Assembly (NCBI GenBank): GCA_013239625.1
Contig: MU057351.1
Span: forward strand, 8,664,625-8,728,624
From: Lama guanicoe
Taxonomy: Eukaryota
Reading direction: 5' to 3'
Length of the DNA stretch: 64,000 nucleotides
The notes beneath the pieces are model-generated. The model saw only the letters and a list, made by a program, of their open reading frames with translations. It ran no database searches and was not told where the DNA came from. Position numbers and translations under genes: made by a program. Every line of letters begins with the position of its first letter. Position 1 is the stretch's first letter. Positions 1-12,525 of the stretch are shown here, piece by piece.

Positions 1-2046
1 TAAGAGGAATAGCACCTTAAGAAAATGTGTATTAACCTTATTAATAGAAGTGCTTGTTAATATAAGCAAATCAGCACTAAAAACTGAATTCATGAACAAA
101 AAGTAAGGGCATTTAACGGCAGATTTACTGCTGAAGTAGGTAAAGGAGTTAAACCATTTGCCATTTTTGCAATACATGGAGCATATATAATCATCTGTTT
201 AAAAAGATTTTGTCAGTTTTTCCATGTCAGGAAATATTATCTTGCACACAGTTGGAGCTTAAACTATGCATCTTGATATTGCTAATGATGATTACTGTAG
301 CTGTGCCTCATTAAATACCAGGGAATCCATCTTTATGGAATTTTTAAAAAGTATGCTGTCTTTAAAACAGCTGTAAAAAAACCTTTAAAAAATACAAACT
401 GTTTATTTCACTATGGCAATCATTTTAGGATGGAGGTCCCAAATTCTTTCAGACTTAAAATTCAGGCTATATATTTTCCCCAGAGGTTTAACCTATTGTA
501 CTACACTGAGTGATCCCAAGTGTAAGATCTTCTGGTAAATATGATTTTCCTCTTTGATCAGTTTTGCGAGAACATGATAGAAAAACACAGAGCAATACAT
601 GAATCAACTTTTTTTCTTAGTCAAGTAGATATTTTTCTCAAGCACAAATTAATGTAAATCAAGCATTGCTAGAACTCTGACCTTTGAAATTATACTGGCA
701 TAGTCAGATTTCCCTAACAAAGTACATGTTTACAGTATCTTTTATTTAAATCAATATCCTTTATGCATGAGCAGAGAAGGGAAAAGAGAAAGGCCAACAG
801 CAAATAAAAAGAACCCAAATGATTTAGCTCAGCAGAGTGGAATAATGAGCCAAGATTTCCCCAGCGTCCAAGTCACTCTGTGATATTTAGCGAGGCACTT
901 ACAGAAGTGTATTAGCTCTTTCAGGTCATTAAGATGCCATTTCGCGCACTTCCACAGTCAACTTACTCTTCAAGGCATCCAAGTTGCTACTGGGGGATGA
1001 CTGTAGCAGTGGGGTGAATAAACTGCATGATTAATTTATGGTTTGATCGCAATGTTAGTTAAAGGGTAGACTTAATTTTCAGGGAAAGAACAGTTATTAG
1101 ATATGTGTTGGACTGAAGCATTAAGTTGAAGTATAAAATTAAAAAAAAAATCTTTGTTAGTATTCCTCAAACAGAATAGCATATGTAGAAAGATTCCTGA
1201 ACTGTATGAATGAATACAGCAATATTTTGGGTCCCACTAATGAAAATGCTACTGAAATATTAAATCCTTGTCAGCTTTAACAAGAAATTCAAAAAATTAC
1301 ACATGTACCACCTATAGTTTGAAAAAAAAAAGGGATCTTATAAGCAGCACATTTGGCCCATTTTTAGATATGATATTATACAGTTTCAGTCAATTAAATC
1401 ATAAATTCAGATCATTTGGGACCTCTGCCTTATACTGACCTATCAGAGATAAGTCTTAAAAATAAGTCTGTTGGGTAAGGAGAACGGTTGAAGGAGAGAA
1501 AAAAAAATCAGATGTCAGCATCATGTCCTGGGTTTTTAAGCAGACTCAGTGTCTATGATTCTGAGGTCTACATATTAGATATACTGAAGCTCTGGAAACC
1601 AGCTCCATGTTCCTCTCCCAAGCAGATACCCTGATCCATCAACCTGACTGCCCTTAGAAGAACGATGGGGCTTCCAGTGTCCTGGAAATTTGCTCCCCAA
1701 ATTTATCTGGCCAACAAACTATACCTATTCACCAGCTTTTTTTCCTCTCCAACATTTACCTAGTTAATAAGTCATTAAATCTGGCCCAAGAAAATAAAGT
1801 AGAATTTTTTTAAAACTCATTCAGAATAAGCAATTCCTGCTTGCAAAGTGATGTCTGTGAGACTATGAGAATTTTAAGGGAAGCCCTTAGCACTATAGAT
1901 TTTACATGAATAACTATTAACATATTGTCCTTGCTTCTGGTGTATTAGAGATGAATACATCTTTATGATAGCATACTAAGTGCTAGAGACAACTTTTCTT
2001 ATCAATTATATGATAATTAAACGTATTCCTCACCAAGAAAATAAAT

Positions 2047-2295
2047 CATCATAATAAATACTTTCATTGCCTTTACTGTACATCAGGCATGTTCTAAGCA
2101 TTCTGGGTATATTAACAGATCTTCTCAATCCTATAGGCTAGGTTCTATTTCTATCTCTATTTTGCAGATAAGAAAAGTGGACCACAGAGAGGCTAAGTAA
2201 CTTGTCTGATTCCACACAATTAGTAAAGAACAGACAAGGGATTCAAACTCACACAGCATGTAAGGTCTAGGCTCCCTGCCATTACACAGTGACCT
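2047..2295 (-). mobile_element. MIR SINE
   Basis: Reverse-orientation MIR core: attttgcagataagaaaagtggaccacagagaggctaagtaacttgtc...ggattcaaactc. Confidence 0.85.
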
Positions 2296-2361
2296 TCTCA
2301 GCATCCTCGCAGTTCTCTTGCAGATACACCCCATGGGTTTTTATACCAACATGCTACAAAC

Positions 2362-2579
2362 CAGTGCTTCTTGAATTTTTTTCACACGATGGCACAGACA
2401 AAAAATGATCACATTTGACTGGCAGATTGGAATAAAAGTATGAGACTGTTTGTGGCTGGAGGTACCATCCTGGGGCTTTCTTGTGGCCACACTGGGGAAT
2501 GAAGGACCAGTGTCTTAGTGTAATACCATGGTACTGTAGACACACAAATGTATCTTAGCACAATGGTTGAGAAGCTCTG
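2362..2579. mobile_element. Non-autonomous hAT-Charlie-type DNA transposon (subfamily not assigned)
   Basis: Charlie-type imperfect terminal inverted repeats cagtgcttcttgaa ... ttgagaagctctg around ~220 bp. Confidence 0.55.
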
Positions 2580-3554
2580 ATATAAGTTTCTGTAACCCTC
2601 GACTATAGATAATTTTCCAAGGCAGAGGGACATTCTGAAACATCCATTTAAATTGCTATCAATTTCAGAAATCGGAGCTAGCATACAAAGAAGGAAAGGC
2701 AAAGGCATGAAGAGGATGAGTTCACGTGCAGATAGTTAACCCGTGACCTAATTGATCTATGTTATTTTGACTCAGAATATCATCTTAAACGGCCCACAGA
2801 TACATTTGTGAATAGCCTAGAAGTGGAGGCATATTTAAAGATACACACTAAGTGCATATCAAGTTTATTTCCAATAATACTTAACTGGGGACCTAAAGAG
2901 TTCTTCTATGAATTCAAAGACATTCCCGTTGAATAGACAATCTTTGATAAGTGCAGTGCCTATGAGAGTGATCAATGCAATCCAATGTAAATAATTTGCA
3001 GCACTGCAGGTAGATCACAGATGGCAGGGAAAGATCATAGATGCACACCTGCTATGAATTCGTAATTTATGAAGCACGTCTAAGTGGCCTTATAGAATAT
3101 GCTGCAGGAATAGTACACTTAGTGTGGTTTTTCTCTCTTCCAGAGCTTCCAGGTTAGCCTTTTAGGCTCCTGTAAACAGAAAGAATGAAGCAACACTGGT
3201 GTTATGCCAGCACCCTCTTACACTCAATCCAGAAAAACTTACACCTAAGTAGTATTTTAGAAGAGACTATTTACAAATAACCTATTCCTGATACAAATTT
3301 AGCATAAACCAGGACTTTCTCATCTACAAGGAGAAAGCATTGTCAAATGCCCAAGTGCCTTTGAACAGTATCTGTATCTCTCATTTTCCAGTGTTCTAGA
3401 AAGCGCATCTCCCAGAGGAAGCAGTAGAGCACTCAAAGTTTCTTTATTTCTGAATTAAATAAATGCAGTTATAAGTCCATCTTTCTAAGACAAGTTAATT
3501 TAAGTCTATGTTATGGAGGTAATTCTAACATTATGGAATTGTTTTCTTCACTCT

Positions 3555-3990
3555 GTTCATTTAACATATTTGAGCTTCTACTAAAGAGCAGACACTATTT
3601 AAGATACTGGAAGTGCAAAGAGGAATAGGACACGGTTCAGTCCTCAAGGAGCATGCAGTCCAGCAGGGAGAGGCATTAAAAAGACAAACATGTGGTAGGT
3701 GCTGGTAGAAACAAAATGCCAGACTTGTTGAAGGTGATGGAGTGGTGCGGGCACAGGGATGGTAACAACTTCTGTTTATGTCTGATTGGTGAGAACATTT
3801 CACAGAAGAAAGGACGTGGGAACTGCACCCTGATACTTGAGGAGGGCTTCTTCACACAAGCAAGAATGAGAAAAGCATTCCAAGAGAGGGATTAGCATAT
3901 ACAAAGGAAAATGCTCTGAGAAGAAGTGTGTGTTCAGGAAATGATCCACAAGTTCATTAGAGATGGAGCATATCATGTATATCTGAGACG
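3555..3990 (-). mobile_element. L2 LINE 3' fragment
   Basis: ttcatttaacatatttgagcttctact...cagtcctcaaggagcatgcagtccagcagggaga matches the reverse complement of the L2 3' end. Confidence 0.8.
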
Positions 3991-4860
3991 GCAGAACGGG
4001 AATGGGAGCCTTACTCTCAGAAGGTGAGCCAGAGAGACCCCAGAGGGAACCAAAATTTCAAATGTCTTCTTTTCCTTCCTCCCACACAAATGCTTTGCTT
4101 TTGTCCCCTAGGCTCCTGTTCTCATTTAAAAATCTGTCATGAAATAGCCTTCTTCTCCCCTCTTTATGGACTTACCTCTTAAACATTGTTAAGTAGTCAT
4201 TTTCAATTAAATCAACTATTAATTTTGGCAAATAATACTATCTCAGTACCAGGATGCTACCTATTAATCCCAGACACCCAGCTTAGTACTGTATCATTTA
4301 AATCCCTCTGATGTTTCCCAGGAGTTTTATATCCTTGCCATACTTGCAGCCAACATTATGGACTTGCTAGTACTCCCTCCGGAGCCAGGGATTCACTCAC
4401 ATTCCATAGAATCATTTTTACCAGACGTACATTGGATAAATTTTAGAGTAGAAAAACATCAGCTCTGAAATAGATAGGATAGAAATAAAGAGTTTTAAAG
4501 TCTTAGGTATATCACAATTCCCTAAACTGATTCTGAACTTTCAGCTTCAAAACAGTAATTCTTAACCTGTTCTACCACCTCTATAAGTACTGTGGGTACT
4601 TCTCTTTGGGAATATAAAGGATGTATTTCCTGAATTGGTGAAAGTGTTTTTCTGAGTCTCCTCTTTTATGAATGCAAGCATGTATAAACTTTAAAAAATG
4701 TGTCAAGAATTTGTTATAACAGTACACTTATTCAGGCTCTTACATTAATTCCTTTAAAAGGAAAAAAAACTGCATGAATTCATTAAACTATTCAGTACAC
4801 TGTAATTACAGGATTACTCAAGAGCTTTCTTCTAACAGCTGCAAGTCTTTAAAATTAATC

Positions 4861-4920
4861 CATACACATGTACACGCACACCATTGCACACACTTCCATG
4901 TGTACACACACACACACACA
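4861..4920. repeat. Imperfect (CA)n microsatellite
   Basis: catacacatgtacacgcacac...tacacacacacacacaca. Confidence 0.8.
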
Positions 4921-4989
4921 GCCTGCTTATTAACACCTCTTCCAGAAGTACATTTAATGAGAGAAAGAGTTGGGGGAATTTAAATCAGT

Positions 4990-7790
4990 AAGATGCAGAG
5001 AATTTGGGGAAAGATAATGACATGAGCGTAGATTTCTACCCCTATCCTCAATGACATGTATAGAAATCAAAAAACAACAAAATAGAGCAAAACTTCTACC
5101 CATCTGGAAACTAGAAAGGGTGCCATCAGAAACTGGAAGCTTTGATTAATTTGTTGAAGAGGGAGTACATATATGACTGGACTAAAAGAGCCACAGAGAC
5201 CTGCAAGATTTCAGTTTGCCTAGGAAAGAAGGGTGAGAGACTTTAAAAATAACCCACATAGTTTCATTTACACAAGATTGGGGGGGGGGCAGGGAGAGAA
5301 AGGAGGTCAGGGTAGACCAGATGGCCACATCAAGCAGGCTGTTAAGGTTAATAGGGTTTTATCCCAGAGCAGGCAGCCAAAAGGGAAAACTGCCAGTAAA
5401 TGGGGACTTCCTTGAAGAAAAGACTGCTGTCCTAAGGAGAACACCTAACTGATCAAACTTCAGCATAAAGTGAGCTCCTGCAAAAAGCCAACTATCATCA
5501 CGGTTGGCAGTGACATGACCAGCACATTTGATGACCAAAGCAGATCATTTTTAAAATCTCCTTCCTCTATATGACAAGAATCACAAGAATCACAATAATG
5601 TAATAATCAGTAATACACATTATTTTACTGACTTTTTATATTTTTAAAACAATTATCATTTAAAAGAATATTTTTAAAAAATTATTATTTAAATGCAATA
5701 AAATGTTTTATGTATAACTAAAATTTGCACTTACTAACCAAAAATATCACACCTGCAGTTCACTCTGTTTCACTGCTTTAAATTCTAAACACAAATAAAA
5801 ACTCCATTGGGCACATAGGAAGACAGATTTGAAGTAAATAAAGATCTGTTTGTTAATTTTTATATTCACTGTTCTAGTGCAGAAATAGGTAGACCCACCA
5901 GGATTGAAGACACAACCTGTCTCCTAAACCAGCATTATGATAGAGGTTAGCACATAGTGATAAGAAAAAGCAACTGACTTAGTTGGTTTTATTATTGTCT
6001 TTAAAGTCTCTACAGAAAATGTACATTCTGAGCCCTGATAATGAGAGCAAACAGTAGATTGGATTTTGCATATTTATTTTAGTGTAGTAGAAGATGAATG
6101 CAAGAAATCAACCCAGAATTCAGAAAAGAAAGACAAAAAGAGGAAAATCATGCAAATAAAATATGTTAGACGTGGAGGAGAGTCAGAGAATCCAACCTAT
6201 AGTAGACATCCCAGGACAAAGAAAAAAAAAGTTTTTAAATTACAAAATCAGTAATAAGTTAAATTTTTTAAAATTGTTTCAGCTGAAGAAAGACTGAATC
6301 TTTAAGGGATTTGACAAATGTAAGATGTAAATAATGAGAAGAGACAATATTATAACATATCCTAGTTACAATTCATATTTCACAGAACAGAGGGGTATTA
6401 GACACTCAACTACCATATAGGAAAGTAGATAATTTACAAAGGAACAAAATTGAAATTGGACTTAGATATCGCCTTCCCAACACTAGTGCCAGAAGACAAT
6501 CAAGCAATGTTTGCGGAGTGTTGAAAAGGAAACAACAAAATTAACCCAAGATTTATTTACCCATCCTTGATTCTGTTCATGTGAAAAAGCTATAAAAAGA
6601 CATTTTCAGTCATTCAAGTGGTCCAAAAATATGTATCCATCCATGCACCCATTCTGAAAACTATTTGATATTTTAAATTGTTAAAAATTGGCTCAAAGTG
6701 TTTGAATGGAAAGGTACGATGAAATAACAAATAAGGATTAAAATGGCATAAAATGATGTGATGGTAATAAGCCAAAACACATCAGATATGATGATTAAGA
6801 TAGGTAGATTATGCTTCCTACTAAAAGACCAAGATGGCCGGGCTAGATTAAACAAAAATTTTAAACATGTGTGTTCCAGCTTTCAGGTGAGATCATCTTC
6901 TCCTATGAGATTAAAACAAACAAACAAATGCTCATTGAAGTATCTCACATTTTACAGGAAGATCAATGCTCCGGGGTGGTATATTCCTGTAGTTATTACT
7001 GCTGTATTCAAGGTCTTTTAACTTCTAAACTCTAAATCTCACTTGCATCTGACCTCTTACCTCCCCAGCTCTTGCTCCTGCCCCTTTCCTGGGTTTCCCA
7101 CATCCCCAACACCTTAGACAAGCAATGGCGTGAGCTGCAGACACCACTGATGCTCTGGGACCACAGAAAGGTGCTAGTCACCTACTATGTGTCCCTCGTT
7201 TGTCTTCAATACTCTCTGCACATCTCTAGGCCTCTCAGATTTCCAAGACCTCCTCACCATCATGTTTGCAGAAAACTCAGCTATCCTCCCTTCATTAAAC
7301 AGCAGCCTACCTAGCTTTTGAATCACAAATAGACTTCTATCCTGTCTCTGCTTTCCAGAGTCTTACTAATATCACTACTCAAACAACCCTTCTACTCTAG
7401 GTCTCAACTCAGCAACCCAGAATGGGCTTTGAAATTTCACTCTTCATTTCCTTTGTTCTATAAACCTACGTAAGCATAAGGGAGCCTGGGATTGTACTCC
7501 CCTCCCCAGCCCCCAAATATAAATTAGGCCATCATCTGTTCTCATATCCTCCCTTAGTTCCTCAAAACAAGATGCTGCTGCAGTCTATTTGGATTTTAAG
7601 TTAAACTGTTTTCCTCTATTATAAAAACTCTGTTTACATGAGAAGTATCTAAAATAAAATTAGGTAAAAGATTCAAAATAAACAAGCGAGCACAGATTTA
7701 TCAAGAAAATGCAAATAAAAAGAAAGCTGTGATATAAACAGCCTACAAAAGAAACAAATTCAAGGACAAATGTTAAATGAGATAGAAATT
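4990..7790 (+). mobile_element. Ancient L1 (L1M/L1ME-type): 5' UTR, ORF1 and start of ORF2, interrupted by later insertions
   Basis: ORF1-like 6045-6680 (gaagatgaatgcaagaaatcaacccagaattc...gccagaagacaatcaagcaatg...aaagacattttcag); ORF2 endonuclease-start-like 7620-7790 (tatcaagaaaatgcaaataaaaagaaagctgtgata); 5'-end-like 4990-5500 is less certain. Confidence 0.65.
5508..6035 (-). mobile_element. MER97-type hAT-Tip100 DNA transposon (internally deleted)
   Basis: cagtgacatgaccagcacatttga terminus; aaaatttgcacttactaaccaaaaatatcacacctgcagttcactctgtttcactg and ggttttattattgtctttaaagtctctacaga match my recollection of the MER97 consensus. Confidence 0.75.
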
Positions 7791-7818
7791 CAATGATCCA
7801 ATTTTGTCAAAGCAAAAT

Positions 7819-8040
7819 CAGAGTGGTGTACCAAGGGCAAGACAGCGGGAGTGGACCTCTTTGGAGAGGAAGAGTATTTTATCACTGACATTCTCTGGAA
7901 TTGTGGGCAAATGGTGTTAATATAAAGCAGATCCACTAAAGGTTTTATTATAGCTCTTAAATTCTCCATAGACGATGAATCCCTGATGGCCTGAACCTTG
8001 GGTGGCCTCTCCCACCCGTCCCCACCTAGGCATGGCTCTG
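7819..8040 (-). mobile_element. Short hAT-Tip100 element (MER97/ORSL-like)
   Basis: agtggtgtaccaaggg terminus, agtattttatcactgacatt...ggttttattatagctcttaaattctccataga interior, cctaggcatggctctg terminus. Confidence 0.7.
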
Positions 8041-9024
8041 AAAATATATTCCTATGACTAACGGGCAGGAAGACTTTAAAATGTAAGTGTTTTACAATAA
8101 ACAAGTGTTTATTTTTTAACAAGAGAAATACCTATTTTAATTTTTTTAATATAGTCAGAAGTTATTACTACTAAATTATTATGAAGATGCATTAAAAAGT
8201 GAGAATTCATAAAAATACTCTTTTCTCCCCAAATTCAGAGTTTGGTGCAAGGCCTGCTTGCTGAGTTGAGTGGTACTTTCCGAGTCAGGCCTAGCCCAGC
8301 CTGCTCACCTGCGACCCCAATAGTATATTCCAGCTCTACTTCAGCCCACCCCAGAACATTTGTGCTTCCTGCCCAAACTGCCTACCATGCTTATTCTTAG
8401 CCCCAACATTTACCACCAGTAGTCCCATCCCAAAGATTCAAAAAGCCTATCTTTGCAAAGCAAACATGGCTGACAGCAAAGGAGAGGGAAGTCTACAGAA
8501 GAGGCAGAGTGGAACGGTGCTAAACCCTTTTCAGCCCTTTCATCCCACTGCTGATCTATTGATCTCTCTGTTGATGAAAACAGCCTTAGGGCTGATTGTG
8601 TGCTGTGTGGTTCCTGCTGTCTTTCTTTCGAGGCACTAGTAAACCTGGCTTCAATATCTAGTAAATTCTTAAATTATAAAGATTACATTCTTGAAGAAAA
8701 ACTATGGTTGCTAAGAAGGTAAAAGTTATAGAAATTTCCAAAACAAACCTCATTTATCAACATTAAAACTCTACTCCATGGTGTCAAAAGTCTATTGAGA
8801 AAAACCTACCTGTCACATTAGAACCTACGAAGGCAGACTCTCTCCTGTCTTTTCTGTTATACACATAGTGCCTTAAAGAAGTTTGTTAACATCTCTGTTT
8901 GTTAGCATTTTGCTATAGAAGCTTTGGGGCTGGCTTCCTCCCAGGAAGGGTCTTTGTAAGTCTCAGCAAAACCCATGTGCCTCAGTGGAGGCTTAACTAG
9001 TTTGTCCAAAAGTTGGAGATCTGA

Positions 9025-9151
9025 GGGGGAGGGGATAGCTCAGTGGTAGAATACATGCCTAGCATGCAAGAGGTCCTGGGTTCAATCCCCAGAACCTTCT
9101 CTAAACATAAATAAATAAGCCTAATTACCTCCCCTCTAAAAAATAAAAAAA
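9025..9151 (+). mobile_element. Camelid tRNA-Ala-derived SINE (Vic-1-type)
   Basis: ggggatagctcagtggtagaatacatgcctagcatgcaagaggtcctgggttcaatcccc (A and B boxes, tRNA-Ala-like), A-rich tail, flanking near-duplication caaaagttggaga (9007) / caaaagctggaga (9152). Confidence 0.9.
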
Positions 9152-9654
9152 CAAAAGCTGGAGACTCAAGCCTACTTCACACACTTGCCCATATGGCTTA
9201 GAGGATGTAAGAATGCCTTTGCCATGTTTAGAGAGCTAAAGGGAAGCACATACATGCAAAAAAAAAAAAAAGGTTTTAATAATACATCTTACCTCTTCTC
9301 AATCCCCAATCAAACCCACCTTCCCACATCTTGCCTAACCATGCCATAAAATTCAGAGTACAGTTAATGTATTCCTAATTTCTTTTCAAATCCTTTCTAA
9401 AGTATTGGTACTTCTCCATTATACCTACAGGATAGATATGCATTTGCCTTAATTATTCTCTCTTCCTCTTTTAAAATATACATTGCAAATAATTAATAAT
9501 TGGCTATTCCTAATGCAGACAAAGCAAGCAAATGTTCTGGGAAAAATCCTTTACCTTTCACTTCAGAATGTATTTTGGTTCTCACATTTGAATATGAATG
9601 ATCTGGAAATTCACTTCAAACTGAAGCACTGTCGTTGAGAACCATGACCTTTGG

Positions 9655-9775
9655 GAACTAGTCTTGGCTCCATTACTGAGTCACCTCTGTAAGTTAGTTA
9701 TTGCCCCTCTCTGACCTCCTTTCCTCTCAGGGAAAACAAAGAGTGAGATCAGAGCCTGAATCTAGAGCCCCTCAC
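9655..9775 (+). mobile_element. MIR/MIR3 fragment
   Basis: ctagtcttggctccattactgagtcacctctgtaagttagttattgcccctctctgacctcctttcctc. Confidence 0.5.
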
Positions 9776-10059
9776 AGCACAACAAATCAAAGCATCTCTG
9801 AGTTTGTCTTTAAATAATAAAGTCTTGCTGTGAAGAATTGCTGTCTAGATCCCACAGCACAGCTTCATCTTATAACTCACTCCAAACAGGAAACAGCTCT
9901 TCTTGCAGGCTCGCACGGAACTCAGCTGTAAGAAGACTCACACTGTCTTACTGACATTTGTTAAATGTGGAGCCTCCAACGTATCTCCTGTGGAAAGGAA
10001 AGCCACATGTGTCATAAAACAAACAGAAAACCAGAGATGAACCAAACTCAGTAACTCAG

Positions 10060-10530
10060 ACTCTTCTTAAGGACACGGGCCACTGCACTCCCAGCCCTCC
10101 CTCCCCAGCCACTCAAAACGCGGCTGCCGCTTTCCTTCTGGCAAATTCAGTGCGAGATAGCTGAGTGTGTCCGGGATCTGAGGCTCCAGCTGTGGCCAGG
10201 ATTTGGGGAGCTGGTTCTCACTGTTCTGACTGGACTCACAATGAGAGGGGCCCAGGGCCAACTCTGGGAATTGCAGGCACATCTCCAGGCAATTAGTGAT
10301 TGCGCTGAAAGACCAAAACATCTGAGCAATTTGATTGGAGCCTTTTTCTGTGTGTGCGATCCCTCTTGGTTGATTAATGAGTGAACAGGCCCTCATTTAT
10401 CGTCTTTGAGGCTGCAGCTGTGGAGAGCTAGCACGCAGGCACATCCTGTCTGAGCAAAGTGCCTTTCTCTCCTGTCAGCCGCTTCTCCATCCCAGTCCTA
10501 AAACAGCACCTCCGGCGGGGAGGCCGGTGC
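10060..10530 (-). promoter_or_regulatory. Candidate promoter/enhancer (CpG-retaining, non-repetitive)
   Basis: About 15 CpGs in ~460 bp against a CpG-depleted background; CCAAT-like tgattgga, tgattaat, E-boxes cagctg, GGGA-rich Sp/KLF-type tract on the minus strand. Confidence 0.45.
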
Positions 10531-11906
10531 CTCACTTCCAAAAGCATTGACAAGGAGGTTGAAGGACTCCATTTTAACTCTTATTTTGCTCAGTGTCACC
10601 CCCAATGTTGGAACCACTCCAAAAGTACACTTCTCAAAAGGACAACTTTGTTTCTAAATAACATGCCCATTTAACAAGATACAGTTTTCTTTGGCTGCTA
10701 TTTCAAACCCTCTTCCCAGGCCTCATGCCTGTGGTCATTTGTCTCTGAATGTCTTACAAATGGCCCCCTGATTGAGGTGTTTGGGAGAGGATCTCCTGAG
10801 TCGCTACGTATTAAAATCGGGTTAAATATAATAAATTAGAAATTTCAAATTAAAACGAGTGTTTCTCAAATGCATATACCCAACAAGGTGAAGAGTTTCC
10901 AACACAAGGTCAAATTTAGTTACAGTTGTGATGGAAGCTGTGCATAGACTTACTGGGAAGGTCTGTAATGTGAAATGAGTAAATCTATCCTTGGACTTGA
11001 AAGGGCTTTGTTTGTAGTTTGTATTAATGGCCATTTCTTAAAAAGATTGCGAAACAGCAAATTACTTGTAAGAAGAGACAGTCTCTAGATATTGCCTATG
11101 ATTAGCTGAATGGATCCTTCTGTCATCCACCCATTGCTCATTTCAAATGGCCCAACATTTATTGAATTTGAGCAATTGGAGGGTTTCTCAAAAAAATATT
11201 TTCAGAAAATAAGAACATTGTAACTCATCTTGAGATTGCAATATTCATCCTGAAAAGAACTCATCCAGTGCTGAATTTTTTTTAAGTCCTCATAGACCTG
11301 AGATGTTGCCATTTCTCTTAATAATGTTCTTACATGTCAGAAGAATTTACAAAATAGCTACTAAAAACAGAATTGCCATTCACATATCAGGTCTAACACA
11401 TGCTACATCACATTATATTCCAAATCTGATTTGTTAGGCAATGTGTGATTCTCAAATTCTACTAAAGCCCTAAGAAAGAAAATTAATAAAGCAAAACATT
11501 CCTTGGCCTTTTTAGAAGGAAATACTCAGAGTGAATCATTCTTACTACTAGTATTTTGTGCCACTCCACAGGGCTAGAAATGGTGGCCATGGAACCCACA
11601 AGATGGGTCTAAGAGGAAATCTCTGTAAGATTTTCAAAGCAGCTACAAAATAGAAAGTAAATGTAATATGATTTTTAAAATGCAATATAAAAGTGTAAAG
11701 AATGCCATTTTGTCACAATCTGTCGTCTTTGGGGATCTTCTGTCATTGCTTCTCTTTCAGTGCTTCCTAAAGCCTAGCATCCATCAGTTTCCCATCTGAC
11801 ACCAAAACCAAGAGCTCTAGATGTAAGCAAGGAAAGACAAACACACAGACTAGGAGGGAGCACAAAGGGAATTATAAGGCACCTAAACACATGCACCATT
11901 TCTTTT

Positions 11907-12090
11907 TGGTTCTCAAAGTGTGGTCCATGTACCCACAGGGTCAGCACCACCTGGGAACTTGACAGAAAGGCAAATTTTCAGGTGTTACCCTAGGCCAAGG
12001 GATCAGAAACCCTGGGGTCAGGGCTCAACGATGAGTGCTTTAACAAGTATTTCCAATGATAATGATGCATGCTGAAGTTGGAGAACCACT
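11907..12090. mobile_element. MER5A (hAT-Charlie)
   Basis: tggttctcaaagtgtggtcc...cagcaccacctgggaacttgacagaaaggcaaattttcagg...tgaagttggagaaccact. Confidence 0.9.
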
Positions 12091-12327
12091 TATCCATAGG
12101 AAATACCGGAAATTCTTCAGTGAATAGTGAAGTGTGCCATGGATCCCGGATGGTACCAACCAGAGATTAAATTAGACAACTGGATTCGGGTAAAGTAGCA
12201 GAGACATTATTTTATCTCCAAAATATTGTTCATGTATAGCATCTGGCCAATTTCAATGTCATTTCCTGTGCCTGAATTGTAGAACAAGTCCATTAAACAG
12301 AAAATGACAACCACCCCAACACCAACA

Positions 12328-12525
12328 TGGCTAATGCTCACAGAACACTTACTGTAAGCAGGTATAATTCTAAGTGTTCTCCATTTATGAGATCATTTAA
12401 TCTTCACCACCACCTTAACATTTCTCATTTTACAAATGAGGAAACTAAGAACCCCAAGAGAGTAATTTGTACATTGTTCCACAGCTAGTACAGGGGATGG
12501 CCATTTTCCCTGGAATCTATTTTCT
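12328..12525 (-). mobile_element. MIR SINE
   Basis: tcatttaatcttcac...cattttacaaatgaggaaactaag...cacagctagta. Confidence 0.85.

Noticed and set aside
3144-3152. 9-nt plus-strand microexon (ttctctcttccag AGCTTCCAG gttagc)
   Set aside because: Plausible signals but no supporting plus-strand gene context; it overlaps an equally plausible minus-strand candidate, and such matches are common by chance.
9031-9100. tRNA-Ala gene
   Set aside because: Stem mismatches, SINE tail, A-rich end and TSD show it is a SINE head.
9555-9602. 48-nt open minus-strand exon candidate (DHSYSNVRTKIHSEVK)
   Set aside because: Weak polypyrimidine tract and no recognised peptide.
10067-10396. 109-aa minus-strand ORF in the promoter-like region
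   Set aside because: No recognisable homology or exon boundaries; explained by locally higher GC.
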